Origin: Octopus bimaculoides
Taxonomy: Eukaryota
Direction: 5' to 3'
DNA: 64,000 nt
NCBI RefSeq assembly: GCF_001194135.2
Contig: NC_068999.1
Location: forward strand, 13,113,688 to 13,177,687
Position numbers and translations under genes: made by a program. The stretch's first letter is position 1; each line of letters begins with the position of its first letter. Positions 1-14,128 of the stretch are shown here, piece by piece. The notes under the pieces were generated by a model that was not told the origin of the DNA, made no database searches, and saw only the letters and a program-made list of their open reading frames with translations.

Positions 1-165
1 TTATTTCATTAGATCGCGGCTGTAAGCGACTATACTATGGCGCTGCCTTCAATACTGTTAGTATATCTTCTCAAGTTCGGTACCGTTTGAAGCCATTTAT
101 TTTTATTGGCAAATCGCTACACATCGAGGCGTCAAAAACACAAACGCCGATTCTGAAGCGTTTAT
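1..165 (-). mobile_element. Degenerate 3' part of SINE family 1, cut by the window start
   Basis: Loose colinear similarity to the better copies at 5771-5970 and 8082-8351 (tttcattagatcgcggc...ttggcaaatcgcta...caaacgccgattctgaagcg). Confidence 0.45.
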
Positions 166-1044
166 GAAGAACAGAATAGATTCAAGAGAGCAGAATCATG
201 CACGAGGACGGAAAGTGTTGCTGAAGAGGTCACACATGTGCGAAAAGAGACTTTCAGATAATAACCATGAGTTATAATAAGAACAGTAATAAACGAGGGA
301 CGAACAAATATATATTGCTTGTGTTTATTTGGTAAAATAATGTCCTTCCCGAAAAAAAACACAACAATATTATAATACACACATACACACAGACCCACAC
401 ATATGTACATATGTACATATATATATATATATATATATATANNNNNNNNNNNNNNNNNNNNNNNNNNNNNNNNNNNNNNNNNNNNNNNNNNNNNNNNNNN
501 NNNNNNNNNNNNNNNNNNNNNNNNNNNNNNNNNNNNNNNNNNNNNNNNNNNNNNNNNNNNNNNNNNNNNNNNNNNNNNNNNNNNNNNNNNNNNNNNNNNN
601 NNNNNNNNNNNNNNNNNNNNNNNNNNNNNNNNNNNNNNNNNNNNNNNNNNNNNNNNNNNNNNNNNNNNNNNNNNNNNNNNNNNNNNNNNNNNNNNNNNNN
701 NNNNNNNNNNNNNNNNNNNNNNNNNNNNNNNNNNNNNNNNNNNNNNNNNNNNNNNNNNNNNNNNNNNNNNNNNNNNNNNNNNNNNNNNNNNNNNNNNNNN
801 NNNNNNNNNNNNNNNNNNNNNNNNNNNNNNNNNNNNNNNNNNNNNNNNNNNNNNNNNNNNNNNNNNNNNNNNNNNNNNNNNNNNNNNNNNNNNNNNNNNN
901 NNNNNNNNNNNNNNNNNNNNNNNNNNATATATATATATATATGCATATCTATTTGTATATATATATATGTACACATGTGTCTGCGTGTATGTATGTATGT
1001 ATGTATGTATGTATGCACGTTTGCGTATTTATTTTTGTGCGGTG

Positions 1045-1800
1045 GTTTTGCTATTCGTTGTAGCCATTGGAATGCGGCCGTGAAGGCGTTCCGCTTTTGG
1101 GAAATGTATCGAAATAACCGGCATCAATGCTTCTATTCCTTCGAAACCGCGTTCCTATTTTATCGATTTCTTTTGAAGAAAAGCCATGTTACGGGTCTGA
1201 GCACACTAACCCTGGTTCTCAAGAGGTGTGGAGACGAAGATAGACATAGCAACATACATATATAAACACCTACTCACACACATATGTACATGCGTATATA
1301 CATACATACATACATACGTATATACATACACACACACATACACACATACACACACGCATATGCATACACGCGTACACACAAACATGCCTACANNNNNNNN
1401 NNNNNNNNNNNNNNNNNNNNNNNNNNNNNNNNNNNNNNNNNNNNNNNNNNNNNNNNNNNNNNNNNNNNNNNNNNNNNNNNNNNNNNNNNNNNNNNNNNNN
1501 NNNNNNNNNNNNNNNNNNNNNNNNNNNNNNNNNNNNNNNNNNNNNNNNNNNNNNNNNNNNNNNNNNNNNNNNNNNNNNNNNNNNNNNNNNNNNNNNNNNN
1601 NNNNNNNNNNNNNNNNNNNNNNNNNNNNNNNNNNNNNNNNNNNNNNNNNNNNNNNNNNNNNNNNNNNNNNNNNNNNNNNNNNNNNNNTATATATATATAT
1701 ATATATATATATATGGATTCGATACAACCCAGAAAATAATATAAGACCCTTGCCTAAATTGCCTTGCAAAATGACTCGGAAACAAACGTGGCTCCATAAA
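1045..1800 (-). mobile_element. SINE family 1, old copy; gap 1393-1687 lies inside its internal microsatellite
   Basis: 1045-1260 matches the reverse complement of the 3' half of the 61061-61470 copy. 1740-1800 (agacccttgcctaaattgccttgc...ggaaacaaacgtgg) matches the reverse complement of the tRNA-like head region. Confidence 0.6.
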
Positions 1801-2971
1801 ATGAGACCCGCGCATTTGTGTTCATATATGCAGAGGCATAGAAAACTGACAATTATATGAGCTTATATACACTCAGATGTTTGATGTTGTGCACGCACGG
1901 TCAAATTTATTAACAAGCAGTATTTCTCAGATTTGCAGAAATGAGTGTTATCTCGTAATTGTATTGATAAATGCCGCCAGTCGTGTAAGTTGAATTACAG
2001 TTGTAAAAGAACGTTCCTAAACACCATCATGGACTATATTTGACATGAGATTATCTCCTCTAGTACGACTTCGTGCACAATGCTAAGATGTTCTAACATT
2101 AATATTTGATAACATCTTTTGTGTTACAAAATATTACTCACGTGTTATAGTATCAGATTGAAGTAGATAAACGTTACTGCGGCATGTGATGTTGGATTCA
2201 TTGTAGATCTCGTTATAATGCTCCAGCGAAATTTACTCTACGTTTCTAATTCTATTCTCAAACAGTAAATGTCACTTCTAGTCACATTAGATAGATTAAA
2301 GCATGAACTAAGAATATAGGCGTAGTGTCACGTTTAAGGTCATTCGACTAAGTAGGAAAGACGGTGTTTTTTAAGTTCAGAAGTGGGTAAGTCTTGGGTA
2401 TGCTGTAGTTTGGCCATTCATAATGAAGCTAAGAATCAGGTACTGTTATACATCTGTACGATCGTCCACCAGCAAAGTTATTTCATCGATGTGCACGTAA
2501 TAACTTTCCGCCTTTCTATTTCCATTCATACCTCTTCGTTTTATCGAATCTATGGAAGGGAATGTTTTGTCAAGATTCCTTGCGATAAGTATATGCTCGA
2601 AAGACATGAACTCCAAATGAATTCCCTAAAAACACATAGGAAGTCCGTGCTGAAGTGAAAATCTGCTAATCGACTAATTTCATAACACATTGTTACTCGA
2701 TGCTAAAACCAGTCAAGCATATGACTAAGTTTCACAGCATTGCTTCGGTTCTGTTACTCATTCAATGTCATTTTTTTTTCTGTTATCTCCCTTGCACCAG
2801 AGACAATGTATCATACCAATAAAATACTAGGTCCGTTCAATCCCTCGGAAGCTCGTGTCACTGAAATCCAAATCTCTCTTTCTATATATATCTGCCTCTG
2901 ATCCATTCTCTGCCTCTGTCTGTCTGTCTATGTCTGTGTATCACTTTCTGTCTGTCTGTCTCTCGCCCCCC

Positions 2972-2973
<2 letters not shown>

Positions 2974-3016
<43 letters not shown>
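2974..3016. repeat. (CT)n microsatellite; similar tracts at about 4548-4610, 14066-14128, 27040-27077 and 36490-36516
   Basis: Direct reading. Confidence 0.95.
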
Positions 3017-3657
3017 GGAAATCGGAAATAAAAGAGCTGCTATATTTTAAGATATACGATCCAACCACTTGCCTATGAGCTGTTTTAGATGGGTTTAATA
3101 TTTCTGTTTCGGTGTTGAACTGTTTTATGGATGGGTTCTCTTTTGTTTGTTTGTTTGTTTGTTTGTTTGATGATACTCACACTTAGCTTGTACATTAGAT
3201 ACGATTATAAATAATAAACTTTTCATCACTTTGGATTATTCCACCCGGGATAGGTTCAGTAGCAATTTTCAATAGAATGGCAAACAGCGAAACGATTAGA
3301 TGATGCGGATACCGTGACGTAGGATGAGTTTTTTACTAGTTTACTAGGTTTTGACCGAAATGTGCATTCAGTTGAACTTATTTGATGATTCGCGTGACGA
3401 TTTTCAGTGTCAAATATGAAATCTTGATTAAACACATTTTAGATAGGTACAATCGATATTAACGTAATCAGTATTGTACTTAGTAATCTGCAAAGAAAGA
3501 GAGAAAAAAGTAGCAGGTAAAACTAAATTCTGTTATTAACGTACATATCGAAAACATACCATAATAGTAATCATCAGAAAAACGTGATAGGACTTACTTT
3601 CCAATATAATATGGGAGTGCATGCATATTTGTTTGTCTGGGGCAGAAGGAGAATGGG

Positions 3658-3688
3658 GAGGAGGAGGAGGAGGAGGAGGAGGAGGAGA
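3658..3688. repeat. (GGA)n microsatellite
   Basis: About 10 uninterrupted GGA units. Confidence 0.95.
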
Positions 3689-4578
3689 TTGAATGGCTAA
3701 GGATATTTACCATGCATTACTGCGTGTGAGCTTGTGTGTTACGTGTGTTTATGCATGTTCAAATATGNNNNNNNNNNNNNNNNNNNNNNNNNNNNNNNNN
3801 NNNNNNNNNNNNNNNNNNNNNNNNNNNNNNNNNNNNNNNNNNNNNNNNNNNNNNNNNNNNNNNNNNNNNNNNNNNNNNNNNNNNNNNNNNNNNNNNNNNN
3901 NNNNNNNNNNATATTCTTCCATAAATCTAAGTGAAAACTCATCCACCAGGCAGAGCATCTAAATATATATATTCGTAGTCATAGTCACATGCCATTGTAC
4001 ATTACCAATCTCATTCTTAGCACCTTATTTATCAACTTTATTCCAAACAATTAATTCTTTAATTTATATTTAAAACTTAACCTCACAGATCCCCTAATTT
4101 TTATTAATAAATAATTTAACAATTAACACATTTTTCAAAACGCATCCACCTTTTCCATTACCCACATCCCGTTAGCTAAGATTATAGTTATCGCCACCAA
4201 AGTTGATAATAAACAGACGCCTACACTTATTTCCTGCCCCACTCCAATAACACGAAGTACAACACAACTGTCTACTGTCTGTCTGAATCCCATATAGCTA
4301 GGTTATTCGCGTATTTATTTTACTTTACTTAATCTTGTATTTCTTACTTTATCTGCCTTACCTTCAGTGTTCATTTATCTTTAATCTATTTTTGTTTATA
4401 TTGATTATTATATTTATATATTTTTATATGCTTCGGCAATTCCATGTCGACTGCTTTTCTCTCTGTAAATCTGACAACCGTCTCTACTTATTATTCTACT
4501 TGTTTCCCTTTTTTCCCTCACTACCCTCACACACCATGAAACTAACTCTCTCCCCTCTCACTCTCTCTCTCTCCCCTA

Positions 4579-4613
<35 letters not shown>

Positions 4614-5770
4614 GCTTACTTCTCTCTTTATCCCTTAATAGCGAATTCCTACCATCTATAATGAATCATTGACATGGAAGTCTTACTGGACATCTATGAT
4701 ATGAGGAATATTATCTTACCTGAATTCATATTGGATTGTACCTAAAGACTCATGGATTAGCACCTGCATTATCAGAAACTTAAACTGTGAAATGTTATAT
4801 ATTTTACTTTTTTTCTCTTTTTTAATCTTGTCTTTTTCTTTATTTCTCCAGTCCTTTACTCCATCGTTCTCGTAAGCTATACCTTTTCTATTTCTCACCA
4901 TCTTTCTTCATTCAACATGTTTTGGGGATACCCCAGAAACAGCTATAATAATTTCTAACAATAATAACAGATATGACTTGATATGTCATGCCTTGGTGTT
5001 TGCATTCCCTCGGAATACGATGTAGAAGACATCCAACAACTGAGGAATGGTCATATTTCCGTTCTGCTTGTATTGTTTTCCTTTTGTTTCTTTCGTTCTT
5101 CGCAAAAAAGTTCGTATTGTATATTGTATTTCGTATTTCATTTATATTTTATTTATTTCAATTTCAATTATACAAATAGTACTGATTATGAAATTCTAGT
5201 GAATAGTAAATTATATATTACATATTAAAACATGTAATGTCATTTATAATTAATTTTACATAAATAGAAGTAATTACATTATGCACATGTATATTTACTG
5301 ATGTATAATTTGTAAATTATGAAGGAATAATTAAAAGAAGTTAAACGATTTACTTCCTACTGTGTCTGGGATTAATTAGATATAAATCATTTGTTTAACA
5401 GCATTTCATTTGTCATAACATCATTTCCAGACATATATGTTTTCAAGGTGCGTATTCGAGAAATCATTTCGTCTGTGATTATGTAGCTTTTAAATTCGGT
5501 GAATTGTTACTAATATATCGTGTAATGAAAATGATTACTTAGAATTATATCAGTTCAGCGGGTAGCAACGTAAGTTTCATCGCGCATGATCTCGTGTACA
5601 GTTTAATATTGTTTCAGTATGACTCTTGTTAAATTACAATTGATTTTTTGTTCTAATAACAATTTTTTCTTATAAAACGTTATAAACAATAGAAATACAT
5701 TAATTATATAAATAATGCAGTCCCTCTCCACACATAACCTACCGGCCATATATATGTATGTATATATAGT

Positions 5771-5970
5771 CTTTTTACTCTTTTACTCTTTCACTTGTTT
5801 CAGTCATTTGATTGCTTCCATGCTGGAGCATCGCCTTTGGTCGAGCAAATCGACCCCAGGACTTAATCTTTTAAGCCAACTACTTATTCTATCGGTCTCT
5901 TTTTCCGAACTGCTAAATTACGGGGACGATAACACACCATCATCGATTGTCAAGTGACGTTGAGGGACAA
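5771..5970 (-). mobile_element. SINE family 1, well-preserved 3' half
   Basis: cttttactc...cttgtttcagtcatttgattgcttccatgctggagcatcgcc...cgaccccagg...ccgaactgctaaattacgggga... is the reverse complement of about 61280-61470. Confidence 0.85.
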
Positions 5971-6082
5971 AAATTATGTATACAGTTATAGAATATTTTG
6001 TATAATTTATCAAGACAGGTCTTTTTAACGTACGGACTACATGGTAACATTATTAATTACTTAAGTAATTAATTTTACCCTC

Positions 6083-6114
<32 letters not shown>

Positions 6115-6249
6115 GATAGATAAGTGGATATACATATATAGATATGTATATATAAATAAATATATATATGTATATGTGTGTGTGTATAGATATATGAGAT
6201 AAATAAATATAGATATATACATATCTATGTCTCTACTTATGCATGTATG

Positions 6250-6282
<33 letters not shown>

Positions 6283-6695
6283 ATNNNNNNNNNNNNNNNN
6301 NNNNNNNNNNNNNNNNNNNNNNNNNNNNNNNNNNNNNNNNNNNNNNNNNNNNNNNNNNNNNNNNNNNNNNNNNNNNNNNNNNNNNNNNNNNNNNNNNNNN
6401 NNNNNNNNNNNNNNNNNNNNNNNNNNNNNNNNNNNNNNNNNNNNNNNNNNNNNNNNNNNNNNNNNNNNNNNNNNNNNNNNNNNNNNNNNNNNNNNNNNNN
6501 NNNNNNNNNNNNNNNNNNNNNNNNNNNNNNNNNNNNNNNNNNNNNNNNNNNNNNNNNNNNNNNNNNNNNNNNNNNNNNNNNNNNNNNNNNNNNNNNNNNN
6601 NNNNNNNNNNNNNNNNNNNNNNNNNNNNNNNNNNNNNNNNNNNNNNNNNNNNNNNNNNNNNNNNNNNNNNNNNNNNNNNNNNNNNNNNNNNNNNN

Positions 6696-6735
<40 letters not shown>

Positions 6736-7457
6736 AAATATCGCGTATATTTCTATGATCTCCATTCTAATAATACGGTACAACGCTGAGGTAACTTCCA
6801 GCATGTTCAGTAGTTTGAAAACTAAATGATAAATCGCAATATAATTACTTCTACCACTATTATTATTACATGTCTTGTTTAAAAAACGTGTTCCATGCGA
6901 ACAAAAATATCACACTACTTTTAAAATCGTCTTTAACTTATCTTCTCACACAGAACGTATATGATTATAGAAAATCGTTTTGTTTACGTGTTACTATTTT
7001 TATTGTTTGCTGGAAATTAATCTAAAGCGCTACGCTTTAGGAAAAATGGTACTCCAGATTTGTATTTTAAAATTCCAGAAAGAAAACTTAGGCAACTTTC
7101 ATTTAGCATCTTCTTTATAGATTTTTTTTTCATTCTGTTTCGATAGATATGGTGCCAGTCTAACGGCATCACAGACTTGCTAGACAACGTGTTCAATCGA
7201 TTGCCGTTACTTAATATGAATGATCTATAACGAGACCTATTTAATTTTCAATGTATCATTTTTCTTTGCCGAGATGACATACGATAGCAAGATTTTTTCT
7301 TCTGACTCTGAAGAATATCCTGCAAATTATTTAATTTCAATGTATATGTATATTCCGTGGCTCAGTTGAAATATTCCGAAATTAGCGTTGATCTTGTCGA
7401 GAAATAATTTTATTCTTTGTGTTTCAATTGCAAATTCTGTAAAAGATGCGTGGTATA

Positions 7458-7988
7458 CGAGGGTGAGTCAAAAAGTAATACTATTTTGTTTAGGAAAAGT
7501 ATAATTACCAACACAGGAACATGTATCATACATGAAAATGAAGCTGGCCCTCTGTGGATCATACCCCCGCTTCTCAACATAGTCACCGTTTCTCTCAATA
7601 GCAATGTTCCACCTTCGAATGAGAGCATGTCTCCCTGCCCCGTAAAATACTGCTGACTGTTCTTTGAGCACACTTATCACTTCGTCATCACTGGAATAAT
7701 ATTTGCCTCTCAAACCCTCTTTCTTGGTGCCTAATAGATGATAGCCTGAGGGCGCTAAATCTGATGAGTATGGAGGTAGTGAAGAACAGTGAACATAATT
7801 TTACGGGACTGTTATACATGCTCCATTTCGAAGTTGGAACATTGCTATAGAGAAAAATGGTCACTATGTTGAGAAGTAGGGATGTGATCCACAGTTGTCC
7901 AGCTTCATTTTGTTGTATGATATATGTTCCTGTCTTAGTAATTATACTTGTCCTAAACAAAATGGCATTACTTTTTGACTCACCCTCG
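7458..7988. mobile_element. Mariner-derived palindromic MITE made of two inverted copies of the transposon 3' end
   Basis: Identical 22-bp terminal inverted repeats (cgagggtgagtcaaaaagtaat) flanked by TA on both sides (7456-7457, 7989-7990). The arms stay complementary for about 200 bp. The left arm on the minus strand encodes a mariner transposase C-terminus (RGKYYSSDDEV...WNIAIERNGDYVEK); the right arm on the plus strand encodes the same terminus (WNIAIEKNGHYVEK*). Confidence 0.92.
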
Positions 7989-8081
7989 TACATACGAAAA
8001 CAGAAAAAAAATATGAATGTGGTTTCAAAATTCTGAAAACTTTTGTAGCGATATATTTATATATTTATTTGTCTTTTATCC

Positions 8082-8351
8082 CTTACTTGCTTCAGTGATT
8101 AGATTGCGGCCATGGTGGAGAAACACGCTGAACAATTTTTAGACAAATGCACCGACACCAGTACTGTTTTTATTTTCTTTTTGAGCCGGAGACTATGGGT
8201 CTCTCTTGCCGAAACACTAACTTTGGTGATGTAAAGGAACCAGCAACGGTTTCCAAAGGGTGGTGGGGGACAAACATAGATACACATTTACACACACACA
8301 CACACGCGCGCGCGCACACACACACACACACCCTATACGGATCTCACTGAG
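8082..8351 (-). mobile_element. SINE family 1, 3' half plus internal (CA)n
   Basis: ccttacttgcttcagtgattagattgcggccatggtggag...ttgccgaaacactaac...ggtgggggacaaacatagatacac, then a CA/CG tract; colinear with 5771-5970. Confidence 0.75.
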
Positions 8352-9920
8352 CGGACTCGTTGGCATATGAGCAGAAAATACTCTCTCGCATTGCGTTTCT
8401 ATTTACATTCGTTCTGTTCAGTTTATATCGCAGACCAATCATTGATGAACAAAGGAACTATATTCATAGGAATATTGAAACCAAGGTTGAATATACTATA
8501 ATTAAATTCACCAAAATCCCATCACACACAAACTTATTCTGGCGTTTGACACGTTGAATTTATGGACGTAACAACCTAAAATATGGGCATAATCATAAGA
8601 TTTTTCCGTAAGACATTAGTGCATAAATTTTGTGTAGAATGAGATATGATACCAACGCACATAGTTACAAACTGTACTAATTCAACCACTGGGCTACATA
8701 GAAATAACTCGTCACCACTCATCCACTTCATAGATTAAATTTAGAGTGTCTTTTGTGAATGCAACTAGACTCAAGTGCGTCAGTCTCAATTCGTTCAAAA
8801 AATAGTTATATGCTATTAACGCACAGACATAATGGGCAACCTACAAAACGTCCTTTGTATAATCATACATAATCCTCGACTACACTTGGTAGGTTGAATT
8901 TGGACATCCAACAATGTTGTGAATTGTCACTAAATAGATTCAATCAACCGTAACTGATTTAACTTACGGCGCCAAACATGTTGTAAGGTTACATTAATGA
9001 ATGGACTTAGCAGGGAAGTTTCAAAATCTAATAATGTGATAATCCTCTGCCAATAAACTCGTAACCAAAACAGTTACTATGAGGAGCCATTTTCTCTCTA
9101 TAAAAAGAGAGACTTTTAAATCGAATCAGAAGCATGATATTTGCAGCATAGCAATCCCAATTTATGAGAATCAAACACATCTATTAAACTATTTAGGTCT
9201 TTATACATTTAAAAAAATAGTAAACGGATCCCAGTCTATGAACTTCACACACACGCGCACACACACACAGACACACAGACACACACACACACACACACAC
9301 ACATACAGAGAGAGACAGAGCGAAGGGTGAAACTTTGAGAGCTAGGTATATGTAAAAAAAANNNNNNNNNNNNNNNNNNNNNNNNNNNNNNNNNNNNNNN
9401 NNNNNNNNNNNNNNNNNNNNNNNNNNNNNNNNNNNNNNNNNNNNNNNNNNNNNNNNNNNNNNNNNNNNNNNNNNNNNNNNNNNNNNNNNNNNNNNNNNNN
9501 NNNNNNNNNNNNNNNNNNNNNNNNNNNNNNNNNNNNNNNNNNNNNNNNNNNNNNNNNNNNNNNNNNNNNNNNNNNNNNNNNNNNNNNNNNNNNNNNNNNN
9601 NNNNNNNNNNNNNNNNNNNNNNNNNNNNNNNNNNNNNNNNNNNNNNNNNNNNNNNNNNNNNNNNNNNNNNNNNNNNNNNNNNNNNNNNNNNNNNNNNNNN
9701 NNNNNNNNNNNNNNNNNNNNNNNNNNNNNNNNNNNNNNNNNNNNNNNNNNNNNNNNNNNNNNNNNNNNNNNNNNNNNNNNNNNNNNNNNNNNNNNNNNNN
9801 NNNNNNNNNNNNNNNNNNNNNNNNNNNNNNNNNNNNNNNNNNNNNNNNNNNNNNNNNNNNNNNNNNNNNNNNNNNNNNNNNNNNNNNNNNNNNNNNNNNN
9901 NNNNNNNNNNNNNNNNNNNN

Positions 9921-9954
<34 letters not shown>

Positions 9955-12900
9955 TGTGTGTATTCTTTTATCTACATACATTTATATCTAAAGTATAGGT
10001 GGTTGTTAGTGTCAACCAGCATTGCTAGAAATACGAAGAATCAAAGCATTTCTCGATCACGTGAGAGCACTTCTCGTAAGTGACCATTCTTTCTTATTTT
10101 CATCAACGCCAAAAGTGTTTTTCGCCATTGAAATTAAAATACTGATGTCCTTGATAATGAAGTGAATTATATAGAGGATTAAATTTGAATAAATTATATA
10201 ATTAGCTCCCTTTTTTGTCTTATCCAACATTTAGGCACTACTTTTGCTGAGAGAAGTAAGGGCAGTAAAAATGAAGCTTTTTTACCCTCCGGATATCAAC
10301 AATTAACTGTTGGGAAAATTGGGTAAGTTATACACAAATCTATTTTATTCTACGTATATGCGCAAAAAAGTGGGTGGGGGGGTATAAAATACGGATAGGG
10401 AGTACTTTAAGCCATGTGATCATTTAAGACTATGCAAACAAGTAAACAATGCACTGCAATCTATCCAGCATCCTAACAACTGCAAGGACTTCGCAATCTT
10501 GAAGATTTAGCTGTTATTGCTAGGGATATCATCAAACATGATTGCAGAGATATTTGAAGATAACTTGCCAAATGATTAAGCGACTATTTGAATTCATCTT
10601 GGTCTCGGCTCCAAATACGTTACAAATTCACAGATAATAATTCACATCGAATCAATGCATGTTTATAGTAATTACAATTGTATATATTCTTCAGGATTCT
10701 CTATCAGTATAGCTTGTCAATTTAATGTTCTTTAATGAGAAATCATTATTTCATGACTCCAATTTACCTTTATTGATGTCAGATATCTTACGAAAGGGAA
10801 AATATATAGATGTGATTGGAAACAAATCGTAACCAATGCCATAGCAGATGTTATTTTCAGAACGATAATATTTGGAACAAGTATCATATAATAACGTAAC
10901 AGACCTCCTGGAAGATAGCCAAATCGACGCTCTTTATTCGAGTAAATTTAATGAGACTCAAAGGATGAATGACGTAGTTAATTTCTGGAGGGTTGGAACG
11001 CAAACCGGGGAGAGTTGAAACCAATAACAAAATGCCTACTGTAAACTACTGTAATGAATCTGACATTTCGGCGCTTTATTTGTTGAATTTAAACGCGGTT
11101 TGCTAATAGCGGTGTTAAGTTGATGGCACCACATGTTCACTTCATGAATCACACTTTACTCTCAGGAATAACAATAATATTTTTATAACAATATGAAAAT
11201 TACTGAAATACCATTTGGTCTTTCAGTTCCAATACTAAAGAATAACAAATGGAATCAATAAAGACGCGACAATACTTTAATAATATATTTAAATTCGAAT
11301 AATTATACAGCAAATGAACACGTGTAGGCGAAAGTTTCACAAATATGATATTTATTTCTGGTAACTGTAAACCGAATTACCGAGAATAGAAGCGACGCAG
11401 AGACATACAGAATGTCTGCTTTTCCAACAAAAATATCAACAATTTTATTGACCTTTAACTCCATCAGCGTAACAGAATAACATTTCACATATCAACTTCT
11501 TGGTGAATCATAGTTTATTTATGATCGGCTCAAGGATTCATATAATGATTATTATTATCTTTTGCTGTAATTCGTCATTTCATTGGAAGAGAGAATGTTA
11601 TGAGACAAATCAGCAAATATATCAGTCATAGCTTCCAGCATTTGTTCTAGGAAAATTCTGTGCATAATGAGGTAATCATTAAAAAAAAATGTGGTGACAA
11701 GCATTTAATGCAAATAGAATATTAATGAGAAATAATTGAAAGAATTAGAATTATATAGTAATTAATAAATTGTGCAAATGGAAATATTTTTAAAAATGTA
11801 TAAAAAAGCGCTGCCTTAATAATTTATGATATTAAGATACAATAAACATAGCATAGTCTTGTTTGTTAAAAACATTTTTAGACATTTCTTAACAAATAGG
11901 ATCAGTTAAGACATCTCCATACGTATTTGCACCAAGGATCCGATATTGGGGAATAAACTAAAAAATATTGATATGAAATCAGAAAAAATCTTAATAAATA
12001 TATTAAATACAGTAAATGTCGAGTGAAAACATTTAAACTATTGCGATGCCGTATGAAATAAAAAGGTGAACATGGATTTTATGAATAATAAATATGGTGA
12101 CTATGTCTAGGAAATTAGTATTCATTGTAGTATAAAGCTTTTGCAACAGAGAAATTAGAATAGTGTATTGATATTCATCAGCAATGAGAGTTTACTCATA
12201 ATTTCGATATCAACATTTGACATTTGTTGCCTTCTTTTGTTGTTGTTGTTTTTTTTTTTACTTCATAATTAATTTTAGAATAATTTTTCTAACACGTGAA
12301 GAGTTTTGAATAATTTACAGCAACAAAACGTGTTTAATATTCTCTCGTTCTTTCACTCCTCATTATTGTTACTACCTTATAAGGAAATCTCAACTAAAGA
12401 TGTAGTTGAATATTATCATATAACAACATAACACTGATTGTCGAAAGAGAATATTTGATAACATGTTGAACCCGATATTACAATGCTTCCCGTTGTCGCT
12501 GCCACGCACATTCCAATGGAAAATACCCAGTAAAACTTGGCGGGTAATATCTTGGAGATTTGTCAAACTCACAACTTACACATCCAGGATGCGTGTAATA
12601 TAGATCGATCTTACTTTTACTACATTAGTGCTAATCTGTCGTAATGTTTGCGTTTGTTCGAATCACTGTCACATCGTACACATTTACCCATGACTATACA
12701 ATCACACCTTCTTTCGTAACCATTGGCAATCAAACGTAATGCACATTTAACTTTTATATATGATGCCAAAATCACTCTCCCTTGGAAATGGATTCCGAAC
12801 ACAAGGTTTATTTGATTATGCGACTATCGTTTTGATTATAGATTATACTTAAAATGTAATAATCATTTCATCGTCCATTACACTTTTATCACATTCTACC

Positions 12901-13109
12901 ACTTTTATATGACGCTAACAAGGAATGGCTATACCATCAATGAAGACTCTTCCAGCAACGCCTACATGTTGACCAGTGTAAACTATGTGCGTTGAGGAAT
13001 GACCTTATTCATACCCAGAAAATACTTCGGAAAAAAAAATGTTTACTCTCTGTAAATCTTAGATGCCATCACGGTATAATTCCGATCACTCAAGCAGGAA
13101 TGCAGTTAG

Positions 13110-13180
13110 TGCTTCACAGGAGTGAACCCGAAACCATGTGGTTCGGAAGAAAGTTTTCCACGACACAGTCACATCGACGC
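13110..13180 (-). mobile_element. tRNA-like SINE head fragment related to family 1
   Basis: The reverse complement reads gtgactgtgtcgtggaaaactttcttccgaaccacatggtttcgggttcactcc and aligns with the head at 61061-61130. Confidence 0.5.
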
Positions 13181-14068
13181 ACGTGTTTCTTTAAATTTAG
13201 ACGATTTCATACACCAAAAATGGATATAAATATAGGAGATCGTATTTTTTAGGTTACCGAAGGAAACTGACATTTCGGAGGCAAGAAGTGTGACAATGTG
13301 TGAAGGGTGCAATATTTAGAGGAATGGTAATTTTGAATATTATCTCTGATATAGTTTGTATTACACGTTGGGGGATAATCTGTGACAAGAACAGATATTT
13401 CTACTTAGGTCATATATCCCCACAAATACAATCAACACAAGCAGGCAATAACATGTGTGTATGCTTACATGTTCTTTGATTTAAATGGATGTGCAGACGG
13501 GTATGTTACAATTTTATTGCACTAGATAGAGCGCTTTAAGCTATTCACTCTCCGTTATACTGACAGATCGATAAACGTGCGACTAATCTCAGGCAGTAAG
13601 AGCACGTTATTGTTAGAGAATATTTGAGTTCCGTTTTTTTATCTTGTGTTTTGAAACCAAAGTCTATTCTGAACTATTAGCATTGTAAACGTAATACGTG
13701 TTACAGAGGGAAAACAACAACTGACTTCTGAGGAACTTTTAATGTGTTCCACACTATTGTAAGTAATCGGTCATAACATTCACTTTCAATCATTTCCACG
13801 TTCTCTTTCACGGACATTGGAGGCATTCTACATATTGAGTAAGCATTACCTATATCTGGACTAAGCAATAAAAGAATAGAAGATATTGTGTTATCTTCAC
13901 AAGGAATAGCACACGAAATGGTAATCCGATTTATAGATTTCTGTCTATACAAGATCCAAGGTGTAATATTTCGGGCGGTACGTACGCATAAATTAAGAAC
14001 ATATTCAGCTGTATAAAGATATACATGAATATAATCTCTCTCCTTCTGACGCATTCTCCCATCCTCTC

Positions 14069-14128
<60 letters not shown>

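Noticed and set aside
221-256. Hammerhead-like CTGAAGA...CGAAA motif
   Set aside because: Stems I-III are only 2-3 bp with mismatches; about one such match is expected by chance in a window of this size.
13701-14054. 117-aa minus-strand ORF
   Set aside because: No recognisable motif, a start next to a CT microsatellite, and no supporting splice structure.
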